This document shows positions 25,501 to 39,495 of a stretch of DNA of 64,000 nt, piece by piece (position 1 is the first letter of the stretch; each line of letters opens with the position of its first letter). The DNA is from Amphiscolops sp. MND2022. Its lineage: Eukaryota. The stretch spans positions 62,498,001 through 62,562,000 of the forward strand of contig OZ076409.1 of assembly GCA_964187785.1 (NCBI GenBank), in the 5' to 3' direction. The notes under the pieces were generated by a model, which worked only from the letters and a program-made list of their open reading frames with translations, had not been told where the DNA came from and searched no databases. The translations under genes were made by a program, and so were the position numbers.

Positions 25501-28500
25501 CAGCACCCTTTATTTGCCGCTGGAATAAATCTACATGGGCAGCCAATGCCAGGTCCAGGAGGAAATTCAGGTTCTGCCGCCACTGCTGTCAATATGTTTC
25601 AAACTGTGCCTCAAGTGCCTTTGCAACAAGTTTCCACTCCAGCGCCCCATCTGCAAGCTGGGGTCCCGGCGATTGCGCCCAGGCACATGGCCCCGTTTGG
25701 ACCCCATGTTCCAGTATCTGGACACGGCATTCCAGTGCAATTCACGGCACCTGTTGCCAACATTCTTCCCCATCCACCCAACGTGGGCGCCAACTCTGGA
25801 GTCCCTAGTTCAGGAGTGGGAATTGGAAGTGGTGTTGCTACTCTCAACAATACATCGTCTCCAACTTTCCAAAGCGCTAATAAGCACTACAGAGCTAGAG
25901 GTTTGACTTTCTTCAATTTTTTATCCCTCCAAACTACTATCATTTTTGTTCAACTTTTCTATACTTAGTTCGTTCTCCCTTCATTATCCCAGAGTAAGAA
26001 AGAATGTTTTTGTTTTGCTTTAGGAGGAGGCAATTACCGTAATACAGCCCCTCATTCTCAGTTTTATAACCAGAACAGCAATGTTGCTTCTGTATCTTCT
26101 CTGGTTGGTCCAACAGGACAACACGTACCCATGCAAGCAGCAGGAGCCTCGTCCGCCGGGGGAATTGGACAGATGCAATACCACGTATTCAATCCCAATA
26201 GTGGTAACAACACTCCTGGGGCACCGTTCCCTTACCCACAGGGACCCCTGATTGCTGCAGCCCAGGGAATATATCCTGTTGTGGGTATGCATCAATTTTC
26301 ATGTTTCAGCTTTTACCGAGAAAAAAGGTCCTTATTATATAAATTGTTCAAAAATTTCTAGGTGAACGATATTGATATACACTAATGTGATTACCATGGT
26401 TGTAGCGAGATTTCATTTGTATAAAAATATACAAACAATAGAAAGGCCGAATGAAGTTGATCAACTGTTCGATCCTTTTGCCCCTGAGAATCAACTGCTT
26501 CAAACATAAACCTCAAGACACTGGTATTGGAAATTGATGGTAATGGAAACTGGTCTTGTTCTGCAGGTCCTCCTCCTGGCCAGCAGCAAGGACCACCACA
26601 CAGTCACGCTGCCTCCCAGCAGTTGTCTCTGAGCCAGTCAGGCAGCTCTTCTGTCTCCAATGGTGGGGCAAATGCGGCTTCTGCTGTCTCGGGCGCCCAA
26701 CAGGTATCCAACTCGCAACAGATGCCCCCACCCACAGTGGCAGGTGGCAACCCTGCAGGTGTAGTCAACTACTTCCCTCACCCAAACCCCCACAACACAG
26801 TGCCTTCGGTGTATCAGTCATCAATATATAACCCTCCGGTATGGTATGGTCTACAACAATCATAAAAGATTCATATCTATATATTGATCAATGTGGAATC
26901 GACGATGACTCATTTCGTGAAAAGTGTTCATTTCTAGGAAAAAACGCTTGTTCAACATAGAGAGAGTCCACTTTTATAAGTGCACAGTTTGCATGTAAAT
27001 TAAAAATGCATTTAAAAAGTTTTGAATCTATTCGCTTGGTTGGAAATTGATACGAAAAACACGATTTCAACCACCATTCGTTTTAGGTGCGAATGACGAT
27101 GCCATCGCCCCATGGAGTTGTACTGGATCCTGGTGTTGCCAATTTGGCTCCTCAATTTGGTAAATGTCTTTAGTGGAATCAAAATATTCCTACTTTCAAC
27201 TTTCAAATATGGCTTGTAATGAACATTTAATTGCATTTCCTGAGTAAACCCCCTTTAGCTGAACGTTGCCATTGCAATAGTTTGTCACTCTTGTGACTGT
27301 TGTGTTGTGTGTATATACTTCCCTTTCAGTGCTTTCAACATGTGATATTATTTTTCACACAGCATTTTCACCGTCTAGAAACTGTTGTAGCGCTGCAATG
27401 TTCGCTGAAGGTGGTTCACTATAGTACCTAAAAGCTATAGACAGCTAATATTGCAGGCGAAAGCGTATTGTTTTTTGCATTTATTAAAAAAGCCTCGAGG
27501 AAATACCTCAGATTTTTATCAAAATCACTTTTTTTGAAATGCAATCAAAGTCATTTCACATTGTATTTTGAAGATTGAGCTTCATTACGCAATATCTCGG
27601 TATAGGAAAATTAAACGTTCTCCTTTGTTCTCAACTAGTTTTATGTAATTGGTTTACATTTTTGGATCTTTGTGGGTTTGAGTAGAATAGACACAAAAGG
27701 TGTCGAAATTTTCAATTTTCGACCGTTTAATGTTGAAATTGTATAGCTTTTGGTTGTTTTTTTTTGTGACTGTGCCTTTCCGCAGTGTCCATCAACAAAA
27801 AATTTAGCTTTTCAGCGTACTCTTCTGCAGACAATTTTCTGTTTTTGTTATTTCTGCGATTGCGGGAATAATAAGATTCAGATATTTTGTTCGGCAGTGA
27901 GTATAAGCATGAGATGTGCCGACGACAATTCAATTCTCGTGTGTTGAAGCGAGCGTGTGTTAATTATGTACGCCGAATTCATTGAGATTAAGCGAATGAG
28001 TGTTAATTAGTCGTTCGTCGAAAGCTTCGCCTGCATTGAAATGGAAATGCGAAACTTCGTATACGCTGAGTAGTTTTCTTTAGTCCGAGAAGAATTAAAG
28101 GTGGTGTACAGTAATGATTCTAGAAGGAGCAACATAGCACGCGGAAAGAAAGCAAATAAACAAATCTCATTGGCTGATCAAGGTCTCACGCGCTCATTTC
28201 ATTGGTCGAGAGCGATTTCCAAAACATCATTTTTTTAGTTTTTTGAATTTTTGACCCACTTACAATTTTTTGATTTCAGAATAATTTTGACAGAAAAATT
28301 CTCCCAAACGTTTCGAATCTGACAATATAATTTTTTCTCGAAAGTATTCTAAATTGCATTAGTATGAGGTTCTTTTAAGTTGATAAACATCAAAATCATA
28401 TCTTAATACATGTATTTCCGAAAAAGTCTAATTTTAAAGCGCATTTTTTTAACGATTTTAAGATGATTTCTAAATCGAAACATATCAAGGGCTTCACCTA

Positions 28501-31500
28501 AATCAGTGGAGTCGATTGGAGATAAAATTCCTCTAAAATTTCAAGCAAAAGTTGACTAAAAGTGACAAAAACCTAAATTTTGACCTAAATTTGGCTAAAA
28601 ATGGCCTATCGTAACTTCTACAATTTTCATCGCATAATCTTGAAAAAAACATATTTGTAAACTAGATAAAAATCTAAGAAACTTTCGCTTTTATCATTTT
28701 TTAGAAATCGCTGCTATTTTAGAGATATTCGATTTTGAGATTTGCCTTTTGTTGCTTTTAGAAATATCACTACTGTAAACTGGTAGAGTTATTAATTGTG
28801 CGCTATATAAATTGTTAAGATATGCTTCTATTATTGAACATGAAAGCCTGTAGCAGAAATAATACTGTGCCCCGCAGGTGTCTAGTTTCAATAAGGGATT
28901 AGATGAACAAAAACAGTTTACTGGCTACGCTTGAAGTATGTCGTTGTTGAATTAGTTCGGAGCGCAAAAATTCCCGCAGCTCATCGGGCGTCTTAATCTA
29001 ACACTTTCTTGAGCTAATGCTTTCGTGGAACAATATTTCCGTTGAAACAATAACCCTACGGACTTAAATTATTTGCATTTTGTGCCCATGTTGCATTGTA
29101 AGTTTTCGGAGAGCGATTTTGAAAAGTGATGAAATCAATAATTTGATTACAGTTTTTAAGGTACATTTTTGGTTGCTAACAGTTTTTGCCATGAGCAGTT
29201 TGCGAGATGATGCATGATATATATATACTTCGAAGAATGCCAGTCTTAACAAATATGCCACGCAATTTAACTTGACTAAAGTTTTTCTTTGATTTCAAAA
29301 CAAATACCGTGGTAATTCGATCAAAATTCAAATGATGTGCGCTCCTGAGACTATTTTCTCAAATGATGCATCAAATGTAATTTGGGAACATTAAAAAGAT
29401 TATTCAATTTGTCATTTTTCTACTTTTATTCGGCGCTTTTCTTTAGAGAAGAGCGACTATAGTCATGGCTTTTCGTCGGTTTTTTTTCCAATACATCTGA
29501 TCTGTCCAAAATAGTTCTACCAAAACTTCTACCAGGAGTTCGAGTCTCGCATTAAAATAATAACTTTTGTTTGCAAAAGTAAGGGTCCTGATTTTTTTCC
29601 GGTACTATGCGACTTTTTTTCAGGTTTTTTTCCAAACCTAAACTGCCTCCCTTGCGGGGAAGAGAAGTTTCAGCAGAAACTACAGCGTTTTGCAAGCATA
29701 GGTGGTCATTTTTAGTTTCGATCCTGAAGATTTGCCACATTTTTCTCAACGGAAGTTAGTCTTGATAGCTGCTATTTAGTGCAACTTTGATATATTTTGG
29801 CTGGCATTTAACTTAACAGAAAAGTAATGCTCAGGGATGCAAAAGATCAGCCATGTACATTAATGAATAGAATGATGCCAAAAACTTCCAAGTACTTCAA
29901 AGTTTCCACACTGAGTTGGGAACCACTACAGATACGAATTATCTTGTCCAATTGATTTCTGAGAAATTTCTACTTATTGTCCAAGTACAGTAAGTGAATT
30001 TGATGTGATCGGTTGTTTCAGTGGCTCAAACGATTGCGGCTACTGGGCCCGGAGGTAGCAACCAGCCACCACCACCCCAGCAATCACAGCCTGGTCTTCT
30101 TGCTGGCAATGCGGGAGGGTCAGTCAACGGAGGTGCACACGGCCAGTCTTCAGCCAATTACAACAACAACGCCGCTCCACCCAACTTCTCACAACAGCAA
30201 AGTCAAGTAAGTATTTTAAAGAGCTAAAAGGTACAGTACACCGAGAATTTGAAGAATTCGGAAAAAATGTTTCAAAGTTTCTATTCTCCACGAATAATAG
30301 CCGCAGCTCAAATCGGTTCTCTGTTCCTGAAAGTCCTCTACCTAAAGCTTTTAAAGGCACATTAATTAGGCTGGGAGTTGGCGCCACTTGTTGGCACTTC
30401 GCCGGGCCTTTCAAGTGCTGGTCGTACTCATAGCTGAAGCTTCATTGAACAAGCCGGGACCGGGCCAAGTGGGCGCCATATTTGAGACTCAAAAATAGCA
30501 AAAAGACTTCAAAATGTCAAAGTATTGGTGAATTGGGGACCCTTTTTTTTTAAAAAAAAAATGAAAAAGTCTCACTGGCGAAAAAACTGAAAGGGAGGAC
30601 CCTTCCGCATTTTTAACATCCATTGTTGCAAAACATTTTAAAAATTGAAGGGGGACCTTTTGGTGAAAAAAAATCCGAAAAAAGTCTCAATGACGAAAAA
30701 TGAAAGGGGGGTCTTTCCCGGTATTGTATATTACGCGGAAAAAGAGGAAAAATTTTTTTGGTTCAGTTCGCTAGGCCAATTGATTCAATTTGGGCCCAAA
30801 AAATTTCGTAGAACTTTTCAGAACTATTTTGGTCAGTTCGTGTGGATTGAAAAAAGTCACTATGATAGTCGCGTTTCACTTCATGAAGCGCCGACTAAAA
30901 AACACTGACGAAAATCCATGACTTTAGTCGGCTCTTTTCAAGAAAAGCACCGACTAAGAAAATCTATTTGTTTTTAATGGTGGCCTACTGTGTTACTAGA
31001 GCGGGGACAGTAACTTAGCGAACAGCTGCTCTGTTAGAGAAAAAGTGCATTTTTTGAAATGTATTTTTTTGTAAATTTTCACTTCCAGTTACTTTTTTGC
31101 CGGTGGTTCGGAAAACTAATAAACACAAATAACAACCTCAGTTAGTTCAATAGAGTGGCGATAAGAAAGTCAAATTTTTGCCTTCTATATGCTTTTTGTG
31201 TTTCGTAATTTTTTTCTAGATTGCAAGAAATCCGCTGTCCTCGTTTGTGAACGAAATCACTGTCGTTGTTAAACAACACGTTTGAAGCTGATCTTTGAAA
31301 GTTTTTAAAAACTTTTGGTCCATGTATGGGATCTTGATAATAAGAATCTTTTGCGATAATTGCACCGGAAAGGAATGTCATGAGGATTGTCATTAATTTT
31401 GCATGCCATTTCGTTTTCTGAAGTTTGTGTGAAAGTTTTCTGTCTGTGTCAAAGTTTTTAGCATGTGATGCATGTCATTGATGTTTTAACTCCTGTAAAT

Positions 31501-34500
31501 TTGACGCAATAATTCACGTTGAAAACACGATGTAATACCAGCTTGAGGTTTCAAGTGTTTATGAAATGTATGCAAAACTCATCGCAAACGGATGTTTGTA
31601 AGAGCTCATTTTAACAGGACTATGCAGCGTCATATCCACCTTTGCCATCAACTAATTCTCATAACGTTAATTTGGGAATGGGTCATCGCCCTATGATCCA
31701 GAATGAAGTCGGTCCCTTTTCCACGAATAACAACTCAGCCGAAGGAGGCAGAGATCCGCTCTCACTCCCCCCTATTCATACTTCCCCACCGCCTATAATT
31801 GCCTCGACTGCGGGCACTACCGTAGTGACTGTTCAAACTGGTGATAACAAACCCTCGGGTACGATTCTAGCGTCCACTGCTGGGGCCACTCGCAGGTCAT
31901 CGGGGCCAAATAGTATTCCAAACCCCTCTGGGGGAGGGGTTACAAGAAACAATTCAGGTCGCGGTCGCCTCGGAAGTGGTAAAGATGGTGGGAACCAGCA
32001 TTATCAGTATCCACAAGGACATCAATCGGCAAATATAGGCGGAGTTGTGATGAATTCGCAGAGTGGCTCCCAAGATGGAGTGAACGGCGATTTAATTCCA
32101 CTTATGGAAGGCTTGGTGTCTATGTCCACTGTGGGAAGTAATGCTGTTGGGCCGCCACACTTGGAATTTTCCGGCCCTATAAGCCTTGAGGTAACCAACT
32201 TACCAACAGACCTGCGAACGACCTGATAACTATGATTGTATTATTGCTTCTCGTCTCTAATGAGCGCTCATTTCACTGGTTATCATCGTGATTAATCAGA
32301 TTGCCTTCAACTTTGTTCTCATTCTCTCACTCGGGACGCTATTTCTCAATGCACTCCTTAGTTTGACCAGTGACAACTTGTTGAAAAGTTGACATTCTTG
32401 AAATCTATGTTCTACTCCTGCTTGTCAAATAATTCAAATGATAACATCATGGGTTTTTGGATGTTTTCGATAAATTCCCTTCGACTTGAGTTTTCGCAAA
32501 GTTTACGATATCTTTTTTCTTATTCAATTTCATTTCTGTGCTTCAATGCTTGATCATAATCTGTTTCCTGTCTTAACTCATCATTCTTGTCTGCACCCTT
32601 TCATCTCTTGATTGCACTTAAACTCGACCACATATCATCACTCTTCTATTTTTAGATGGCTGCATCTGCCAACAACCCTGCCATCAGTGGATCTGGCTCC
32701 ACAACTTCCGTCAACAATGGCGCCGCCTCTGGATCTAACGGGACCAACGGAAATGGAGGTAACGCACCCGCGGTCCCTCCTGGTCAGGCCACAAACGGAG
32801 TAGTGCCTACACCCATGGTCATGGCACCCAATGGATCGGTTGCCGCCCATGCAGTGGCTGCCCAGCAACTTGCAGCCGCAGTGGCCAACAGGGGACCCCA
32901 TATGGTAGCTGCTGGAGGCACACCCACAGGTAAAAACACTTACTTCCGTTTTTAGTCGGCGCTCTTAGTTAACTAAAAATTTATTACATTCACTGTATTG
33001 CGTCATGACACGAATGCGACAAAAGGGATTGAAGTATCCAAATTATGGAGTTTATTATACGTTTTCATTAGTTCTGAAGTCTTTTGGGGAGATTTTTTAG
33101 TGAATTTCGAATGAAGGACAGTGACAACAAAAGTTGAGGAATTATTTTAATCCATTTATCTAATGATGAAAGAGCATCACAATATTCTGACCCTTTCAAT
33201 TTTAAATGCACGTTGAATTGTACAGGTCACGCTGGAGGTCACCACCAACAGTACTACATGATGATAAATCATGCGGCGGCTGCCCAGAATTTTATGCACG
33301 CCGCTGCCGTACAGCAGATGCAGCTCCAGCAGCAGCATCAACAGCAGGAACATCATCACCGCAACTCTCTATCAGGACAAGGTGCTATGCCAGATTACGC
33401 CTCTCACCGCGGAGGTAGCGGAGCCGCACAAGGCAATGACATGAACAGTTAGTCTACGTTACTTTGTAGGACTCGGAAAATTTTTTTCGACTACTTATGC
33501 AATCGTACCTTTTTTCTCCGGCCTTTTTCCTCAAAAACTGTCCATACGATTTTTATGGAATTTTGCAGTCATTCTATACCAAAAGGTGCTCCAGCGTGTG
33601 CAATGGCATCAAAATCGTATCATTGGGATCTGAGAAACATAGCCAAAAATGAGCAAATGACAAAGTAGGTAATTTGTTTTTCAATATTTCAATCCGTTTC
33701 CGACTCCTTTACCGCACATGTGGTTCTGGTTATCAAACTTTTTTCCATCTTTTTCGTTTTGGAAAACGTGAAAAAATTCATTGAGAACTTTGAAGTTTCT
33801 TGGGTAAATCATTTTCTCGAAGCAAACAAAGTTATATCCCTGAACAAGACCGGAACGTCTAAAGTCGGCGCTTTATCTAAGGCTCAAAAAGTGCAGTTTT
33901 TTGAGAAACTCTTGTCTTCGAACTTCTCCTCCCCCTCCTTATTAAAACGCAATATAGTTCGGATATAACCTCAAAAGTTCGGATATAGCGCCAAAAAAAT
34001 GAAAGGGGGACCCTTTATTCTCGTCCGGTTTTGTATGTTACGTTTAAAAAGTGAAAAATTAACGGGGGGAGGGGGGCGTTTGCTATAACTTAGATTCGTT
34101 TCCGAGGTATTCGTTTAGTTAAACAAACTGAACAAAAATTTCGTTGCATTCGAGTCTGTCTCAAAGAAAAAAACGTGTGACTGTAATAGTCGGGCTCTTT
34201 TATTCTAAAAGCGCCGACTAAAAATAGGAAGCTTTGTTTGTTATGCTGTTTCAAATATTAAATCTGCAAGCAGCAACCAATGATTGTTCAGCCGTTTATA
34301 GTAAATCAAACGAAAAAATGGAGTGTTCAAAACACTTAAATGGAACCAATTACTAGTATAAATTACACTGCCATTTGAGAATTTTTCATTTTTTGGTCTC
34401 AATTGCCCATCGAATTTTTTCGTCGAGATCGATTTTTTTGTATGAAGTTGAAATGTTCTATCAGGATTTTTTGTTGCTTTTCAGGTCGCGGTGACAAATG

Positions 34501-34501
34501 A
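10295..34501 (+). CDS. ATXN2: Ataxin-2 homolog, multi-exon; first coding exon(s) not identified
   Basis: Phase-consistent GT-AG exons: 10295-10592 (LSm/SM-ATX), 10970-11208 (FLTDTEV, RELLPW), 13112-13203 and 13366-13698 (LsmAD: NGWNAEDML...YTLPLDKNSEAY...EEEAMFSSVDR), 14648-14832, 18316-18459, 18606-18817, 19196-19571, 20786-20896, 24700-25004 (PAM2), 25198-25900, 26024-26284, 26567-~26760/26850, ~27087-27159, 30022-30206, 31618-32190, 32656-32929, 33226-33447, 34485-34501 (stop). The C-terminus is P/Q/H/A-rich low complexity. Distal exon boundaries are less certain. Confidence 0.9.
11560..12195 (+). repeat. HINE family 1 internal tandem-repeat fragment
   Basis: TTTTCGGCACTATGAGACT / AAAGGG..CCCCTTCAATTTTT units. 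Confidence 0.7.
13112..13698 (+). CDS. ATXN2: Ataxin-2 LsmAD domain exons (13112-13203, 13366-13698)
   Basis: TCNGWNAEDMLKTNRENCGVEDCEYDESKYT|LPLDKNSEAYQKNLNWANEKAREMQES; GTAAGT donor at 13204. Confidence 0.88.
14980..17521 (+). CDS. TMEM272-like four-TM membrane protein, nested on the same strand in Ataxin-2 intron 14833-18315
   Basis: Exons ~14980-15238, (15385-~15470?), ~15558-15808 (PPPEY and PPAY motifs), 16037-16272, ~16500/16518-16766 (FWLIIPMAAFLIGVLFVDQCPIERHVPVFLIISG), 17154-17521 (FWIVLGSFWIF...YCNKTLFMFSLW), stop TGA 17519-17521. The last three junctions are phase-consistent. Confidence 0.8.
19640..20678 (+). mobile_element. DINE-1/HINE-like (Helentron-associated) non-autonomous element, family 1, complete
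   Basis: 5' TTTTAGTCGGCGC subterminal IR; central tandem array of AAAGGGTCCCCC/TTTTCGGCA units; 3' GCGCCGACT, then a GCCGGTCCCGGC hairpin and CTTGTT; T-rich site with no TSD. Confidence 0.75.
21374..24593 (-). mobile_element. DINE-1/HINE-like element, family 2 (~3.2 kb) with ~120-130-bp central tandem repeats
   Basis: Minus-strand 5' TTATTTTCCGCCCATA hairpin; 3' GGGCGGAAAAT...CCGCTCAGCGG...CTTGTT; repeated GTTGAACGTTTTCAACATTCTAAT units at 23300-24350. Confidence 0.7.
24700..25004 (+). CDS. ATXN2: Ataxin-2 exon with PAM2 (PABP-binding) motif
   Basis: SKLNVKAQEFKP at 24939-24974 fits LNxxAxEFxP. Confidence 0.88.
27890..28880 (+). repeat. Dispersed repeat (second copy at ~38515-38850), here split by the TA MITE
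   Basis: Shared blocks TTGAGAT.AAGCGAATGAGT, CCTGCATT, AGTCCGAGAAGAAT, GTGTAAACTGGTA, AATACTG.GCCCCGCAG. Confidence 0.75.
28109..28775. mobile_element. Tc1/mariner-pogo-type MITE with TA target-site duplication
   Basis: TA|CAGTAATGATTCTAGAAGGAGCAACA ... TGTTGCTTTTAGAAATATCACTACTG|TA. The paralogous host repeat at ~38710 has the empty site GGTGTAAACTGG. Confidence 0.85.
30448..30902 (-). mobile_element. HINE family 1 copy
   Basis: AACAAGCCGGGACCGGGCCAAGT ... TCATGAAGCGCCGACTAAAA, the reverse complement of the 19640-20678 ends. Confidence 0.8.
33843..34224 (-). mobile_element. HINE family 1 related subfamily copy
   Basis: AACAAGACCGGAACGTCTAAAGTCGGCGC ... GCGCCGACTAAAA. Confidence 0.75.
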
Positions 34502-37500
34502 ATAAGACGAGGTCTTCGAACGAATAAAGTTGATGAATCACGCTTCATTGACAAATGATTTTGTCTATACTAATTTTTGGTGGAGCGAAAGAGTCGAAAA
34601 AGCGGCATTTAGCCCTTTCTGATTGCTGGAGTCAAGTTGGGAAATCTGAGTTTTACCGGTCAAGTTTGTTCGGATGATGTCATTCGTTCTACAAATAAAA
34701 TGAAACTTCTAGAAATGTCCTTATGTTGTAAATTACTGAAATATTGAAATTCAAGTCGCAAATGAATGAATTAAATCAATGAATGAAAATGAAAGTTGAA
34801 CTACTAGTGAAAGCCAAGTAATCTGTCTTGAAGGAACCTTAATTTCATCTAATCTATTCAGACATTATTGAAGTATTTTTTCTTTTCTTTCATGGAGTCA
34901 GAAATTAGAGAGCTAGCCTGTCCCAACCCTTTCCTTACTATAGTAGCCCCGTATCCCGCCCTCGACTAATTTGAACTTTGACTTTTATGTGATTGTAGTA
35001 CCCTAAGTAGCTTCATGTCTCGAACTTTATCTGTTTTTTTATTGATAATCTTTCATTTGCAATCATAAATCCTTTTACTTGTTGACTCTAACTTTCATCG
35101 GAAATTTCTCCGAAGTATGTATTTTTGTTTATTTATGTTCTATTGTACATCAGAATACGGTTACATCAGAAAAGTGAAGACTCGGAAAACTGAAAGTCAA
35201 AGAATTCATAATAATGTGGTTTTCTGGAAAACAAATTTAGTATTTTTATAGTCAACCGGATTCGATGCTATTCAGAATCAACTGTGGTTCAGATGAGTTT
35301 AAAGTTCATTCTTTTTGATTGAATTTTACAAATGTTACCAAAGTTTTGCTTTTTGAATGAACCATACGTTGAAGTTGAGCTCCTGTGAAGTTTATTTGGA
35401 ATTCTTTACTCTTTTATTTTCATTGTCCTTAACTTTCTGATTTCCCCTTCCCTTCCCTTCCGATCTCCCCTTTCCCGTCCGTCATTTCCTGACTCTTGAA
35501 CCGGAGCCCTTCAGTGGTGACCGGTATCCATCTACACGAATCATGATGAAATGCTTTGCGATTAATCTCAATTCAAGGCAAATTCAAAATATTGTTCCCT
35601 CGATTCTTTTTCATTCTCAGGCCATTCAGGTGGCTCTCAATAGAATACTTATTGTTTGAAAAGAAGCTGGTAGTAATCGGAAGTTCAGATTGCGATTAGT
35701 CATATATCAAAATCGCAGTTTTTAAGCATCACCTTCAAGTTTCTGTATCGCATCAAGTGAGTTATCAAACAAAATCTCTTAAAAACGGAAATTTTTATCC
35801 GTAAATGATCTGAAAATAAATCTTTCTTCGAGTGCGCTATAAACCAAAAACTAATTTTATTGGATATACAAGAACATTCCTGAATTTTCGAATTGTGATG
35901 TACAATCGGTCAAATTAACCCAGCAAAGAAATTTGGAAATGAACATGCACCTACCGTGTTTCTTCTATTATAAGTTGGCCCCTCAGCTTTTAATGCTCGC
36001 TCTTGGATAGTAGTTCAATCGTCTTGGAATTTTTTGGATGCAGGACAGGACCCACAAAAACTACAAAAGTTGCATAGAAAAGATCAAATATGGAAGTTTT
36101 GACTTTTTGGGTCTTTCTGCTCATAACCAAAAAGTCCAAAAGTTTCTACAAATACTTATCGCACGAAACTAAGTTCATGAAAGGTAATTCTGTGGACAAA
36201 ACTACAATTTGGGTGCGGAATCTAGAACGGCCAATTTTGGAAAAATACTGCGGCTCAGTAAGTAGTTTTCTTTACCATTTGTTGAAAAATAATCAGCTGT
36301 GCTTCAAAATGAGAACCGGAAAGGCACACTTGAGCTCAGCTTGATCCTTGTATAAGTTTTCTCATACTTTAAGAAGTATTTGTGAAACTTTTGTTGCTTT
36401 TTATAAATTATGCTGTTCACAAAAAAGTTTATGGATTCTCTCAAATTTTAAATTTTGCATTCAAATCAAAAAGATTTGCACCGGCACTGCGAAACGTTCG
36501 ACATTGAAGTCTCGTAAAACTATGTTCAAAACCGGTGATGCAGAAAAAATCAGAGTCCCGTTTAAGTTCAAAAAGTAGCCTCTGAGGAACTGACCTCCAC
36601 TACGCTGTTCGACAGTGCCTTTCGAAGGTTATCGTTATCTAATAAGACCATTTTGTTGCCTTGAGTGAGATTTGAAACATGATTCGAAGACATGATCTTG
36701 AAAGAAACGTAGAATTACTGCACCAAACTTTTGGGAAGTATCTTTTGTGGGGAAAAGTGCTCTGATAATGTTACCAACTGAGCCATGAAAAGGAAACTGT
36801 TTAGGAATTACATAACAAGGTTTCACATCAACATTTGGAAAGAAGACACCTGCTGAGCAACGAGATGTTTTACGCCCTGACCTCTTTTAGTGGCAACAGC
36901 TTATAAACTATCAAATTTGCAAAAAGAGTACTTGATTCGTTTTAAAATAGTTCAAAGTTTTTTTGAAGTGTCAAGACTGATTGAGTGTTCAATCGGTTGC
37001 TTTTGTAATTGGCATCGCTTTTGGTTTGCATCCTCCAGTGTTGGGCATCATCCAGTGGTTGCATCCTCCAAAATGCTTCCATTGGGTGCGGCATCTTGCG
37101 ACACAGTTGCTCAAAAATTTAACAGCAGAACGAAAAAAGCAGAACTTCTGGAACCTTGCTAATTTTTCAACTTATTACCTTTAAAACGCGACGCAGAAGG
37201 ATTGACTAAAATCATGGAGATCACGTGGAGCATAATGAATGCGTGTAGAGTGGTAACAAAGGTTGAGAAAATGAGTTTTATTTGACGTGAACACAAAGTT
37301 TAAAAAAATCATGTGTATGCGAGCAAGCTTCCGTTAGTTCCGCTGCTGTTGTCATAAGTTTGATCCGGTAGTAGCTAACTACCTTTGCAACAAACGTCTT
37401 AAGAACGTTTCAGGATTGTTCCCAGCCTTCTTGTTTTTCCTAGCTTATATTCCTAGGTGAAGTTTTGCTTGAAGCGGAATGCCTCCGTTGGGTTTAGAAC

Positions 37501-38854
37501 ACTTAGAAACCACCGAGCTAAGGCCCCAAAGGAAACCAAGCAAGCCGTTCGTTGTTTTCTCTCTCGTTTTTATAGGAACTATTTGAAATCAATCTTGTTT
37601 TATTAGGTTAGGATCCGTTGAGATTGACACAATAGTGTCGTATCGGATCCCCTTCAATGTATAATAAATTGCAATGTTTTGAAGAAACCTTTAATAATAA
37701 ATAATAAAATCTAAACCTGGATTAAAAACTGGAATGAAGTACCTTAAACCTTGCTTACTGACTCAGGAAACCAGAAATCCGAAAGCATTTGATCGTGAAT
37801 ATTAATGATGAAAAATCAAACAATTACTGATGAACCTGCTTTTTCAAAGCCTCAATCTCCAGACAAAGGTCTGAATTGAACGTCTAATTCGCACTGTCCA
37901 AGTAAAAGAAACTTCAATCACATCAACGATTAACGAAAAGTCAGGATTCTAGTCCCAATCAAGTGATTGCGAAATTAACATATCATTGGTTAATCACGAA
38001 ACAGAAAACATTATTTCAGCTGTTAAACACGATGTAGATGAATTCACACGAAAAAGTTTAATCCGCACTAAATTTCGAGGCAACAACTAATTAGTTGTTC
38101 ACAGTGACAAATATAGACTGACTTTCATTCCGCATTAGTTTGCATATTTCCATAGAAACGGATTACACGAATTTCATTCAAATTAATTGACAAAACTGTG
38201 TTTTTCCCATGGAAAAAGAAAATTCATTATCCATTTCCTTTTCTGGTATGTAGCACAGCCTAATTAATCACTATTGTTTTCCAAGGTTTTAACAGAATTT
38301 TTGACTGAATCCAAGGGCGTTTTGGTACGTAACCTAAAATAATAACAGTTCACGATTCAATAGAAGTAACGGCACTTTGGTTTCCAGCCCTTTGATCTGA
38401 TTGGTTGATTCAATCTGCTTTTGAATTTTTCTGCGTGAGCTGAAACCGAAACGGTAGATATCAGCCATGCTTGTTTTTTTAAAAAAATTTCTATCGACTC
38501 ATTCCGTAGCCAATTCTGGCAGCAGTGAGGCAACGCTACTCCAGCGAGGCAGCGTTTTAATTGAGATGAAGCGAATGAGTTGCAACTATTCGTTCGCAGA
38601 GAGCTGCACCTGCATTCAAGTACGAATGCGAAACGCCTTGTACGCTTAGTAGTTGAATGTTGAATTTCTTCTGTTCTAGTCACAAATCCTAAAGTCCGAG
38701 AAGAATCGAAGGCGGTGTAAACTGGTACAGTGGATGACTGTGCAATATATAATGAAAATAAGGAGTGTATAGTTATTTCAGATGTTTTCATTGGTAAACT
38801 TGAAAATATTGATTGTAGCCTGCAGCAGAGATAATACTGAGCCCCGCAGTTGCC

Positions 38855-39227
38855 GGACTATGTCATCTATCCCCCCCCAGGTACACCTTGTTGGGAATAT
38901 CCCCCCAACGCTAAAGCACATTTTGTTCTTGAATAAAAATATTTCTCTAATAAGAGAATATTCTATGAATGTATATACTTAGAGGATTGTCTCTACAACT
39001 CTTTGGACACTTCAGGTAAAAAAATTACCATAATTTTTTGATATCATTGTCCAAAATAGCAGATATTCACGTATGAAACAAGCTAAAATCTTATAAAAAG
39101 GGAAAAGGCCCCTATTTCAGCGCACATTTCGTCCACTATAAAATCTAATGAGCAACTTTTAACTGACTTTTTGAACTTTTTGTCTTATCCCCCCGCCGCC
39201 GTTTGGAGGGAATAGGTGACATGGTCC
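38855..39227. mobile_element. MITE with GG termini and 8-bp TSD (Merlin- or hAT-like)
   Basis: TSD CAGTTGCC at 38847-38854 and 39228-39235. TIR GGACTATGTCATCTATCCC versus rc right end GGACCATGTCACCTATTCC. Confidence 0.8.
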
Positions 39228-39495
39228 CAGTTGCCTATTTTGAGCTGCGTTTATTTCACTCCACTTTCATTTTGCCTCGTTATTTTTCACTCCACACTCA
39301 TTTGGTGGCTGGTAGCTACTCAGATTTGTGTGTATTAGTTAAACACTGCATTTCCTAACGAAATTAACAAAAAGGAGTGTTCGTGTTTCATTTGATTGAC
39401 AACAACAGTCATTCTTTCTTATAGTTTCTTTGAAAATTGAGTTGGCAATTCCGACAGCTCAGTCGGCGTTTGGAAAAACTCCGACTGGGAAATAA

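Noticed and set aside
33310..33360. Q/H-rich tract in Ataxin-2 as a counterpart of the SCA2 polyQ
   Set aside because: C-terminal, short and interrupted; not positionally equivalent to the N-terminal human tract.
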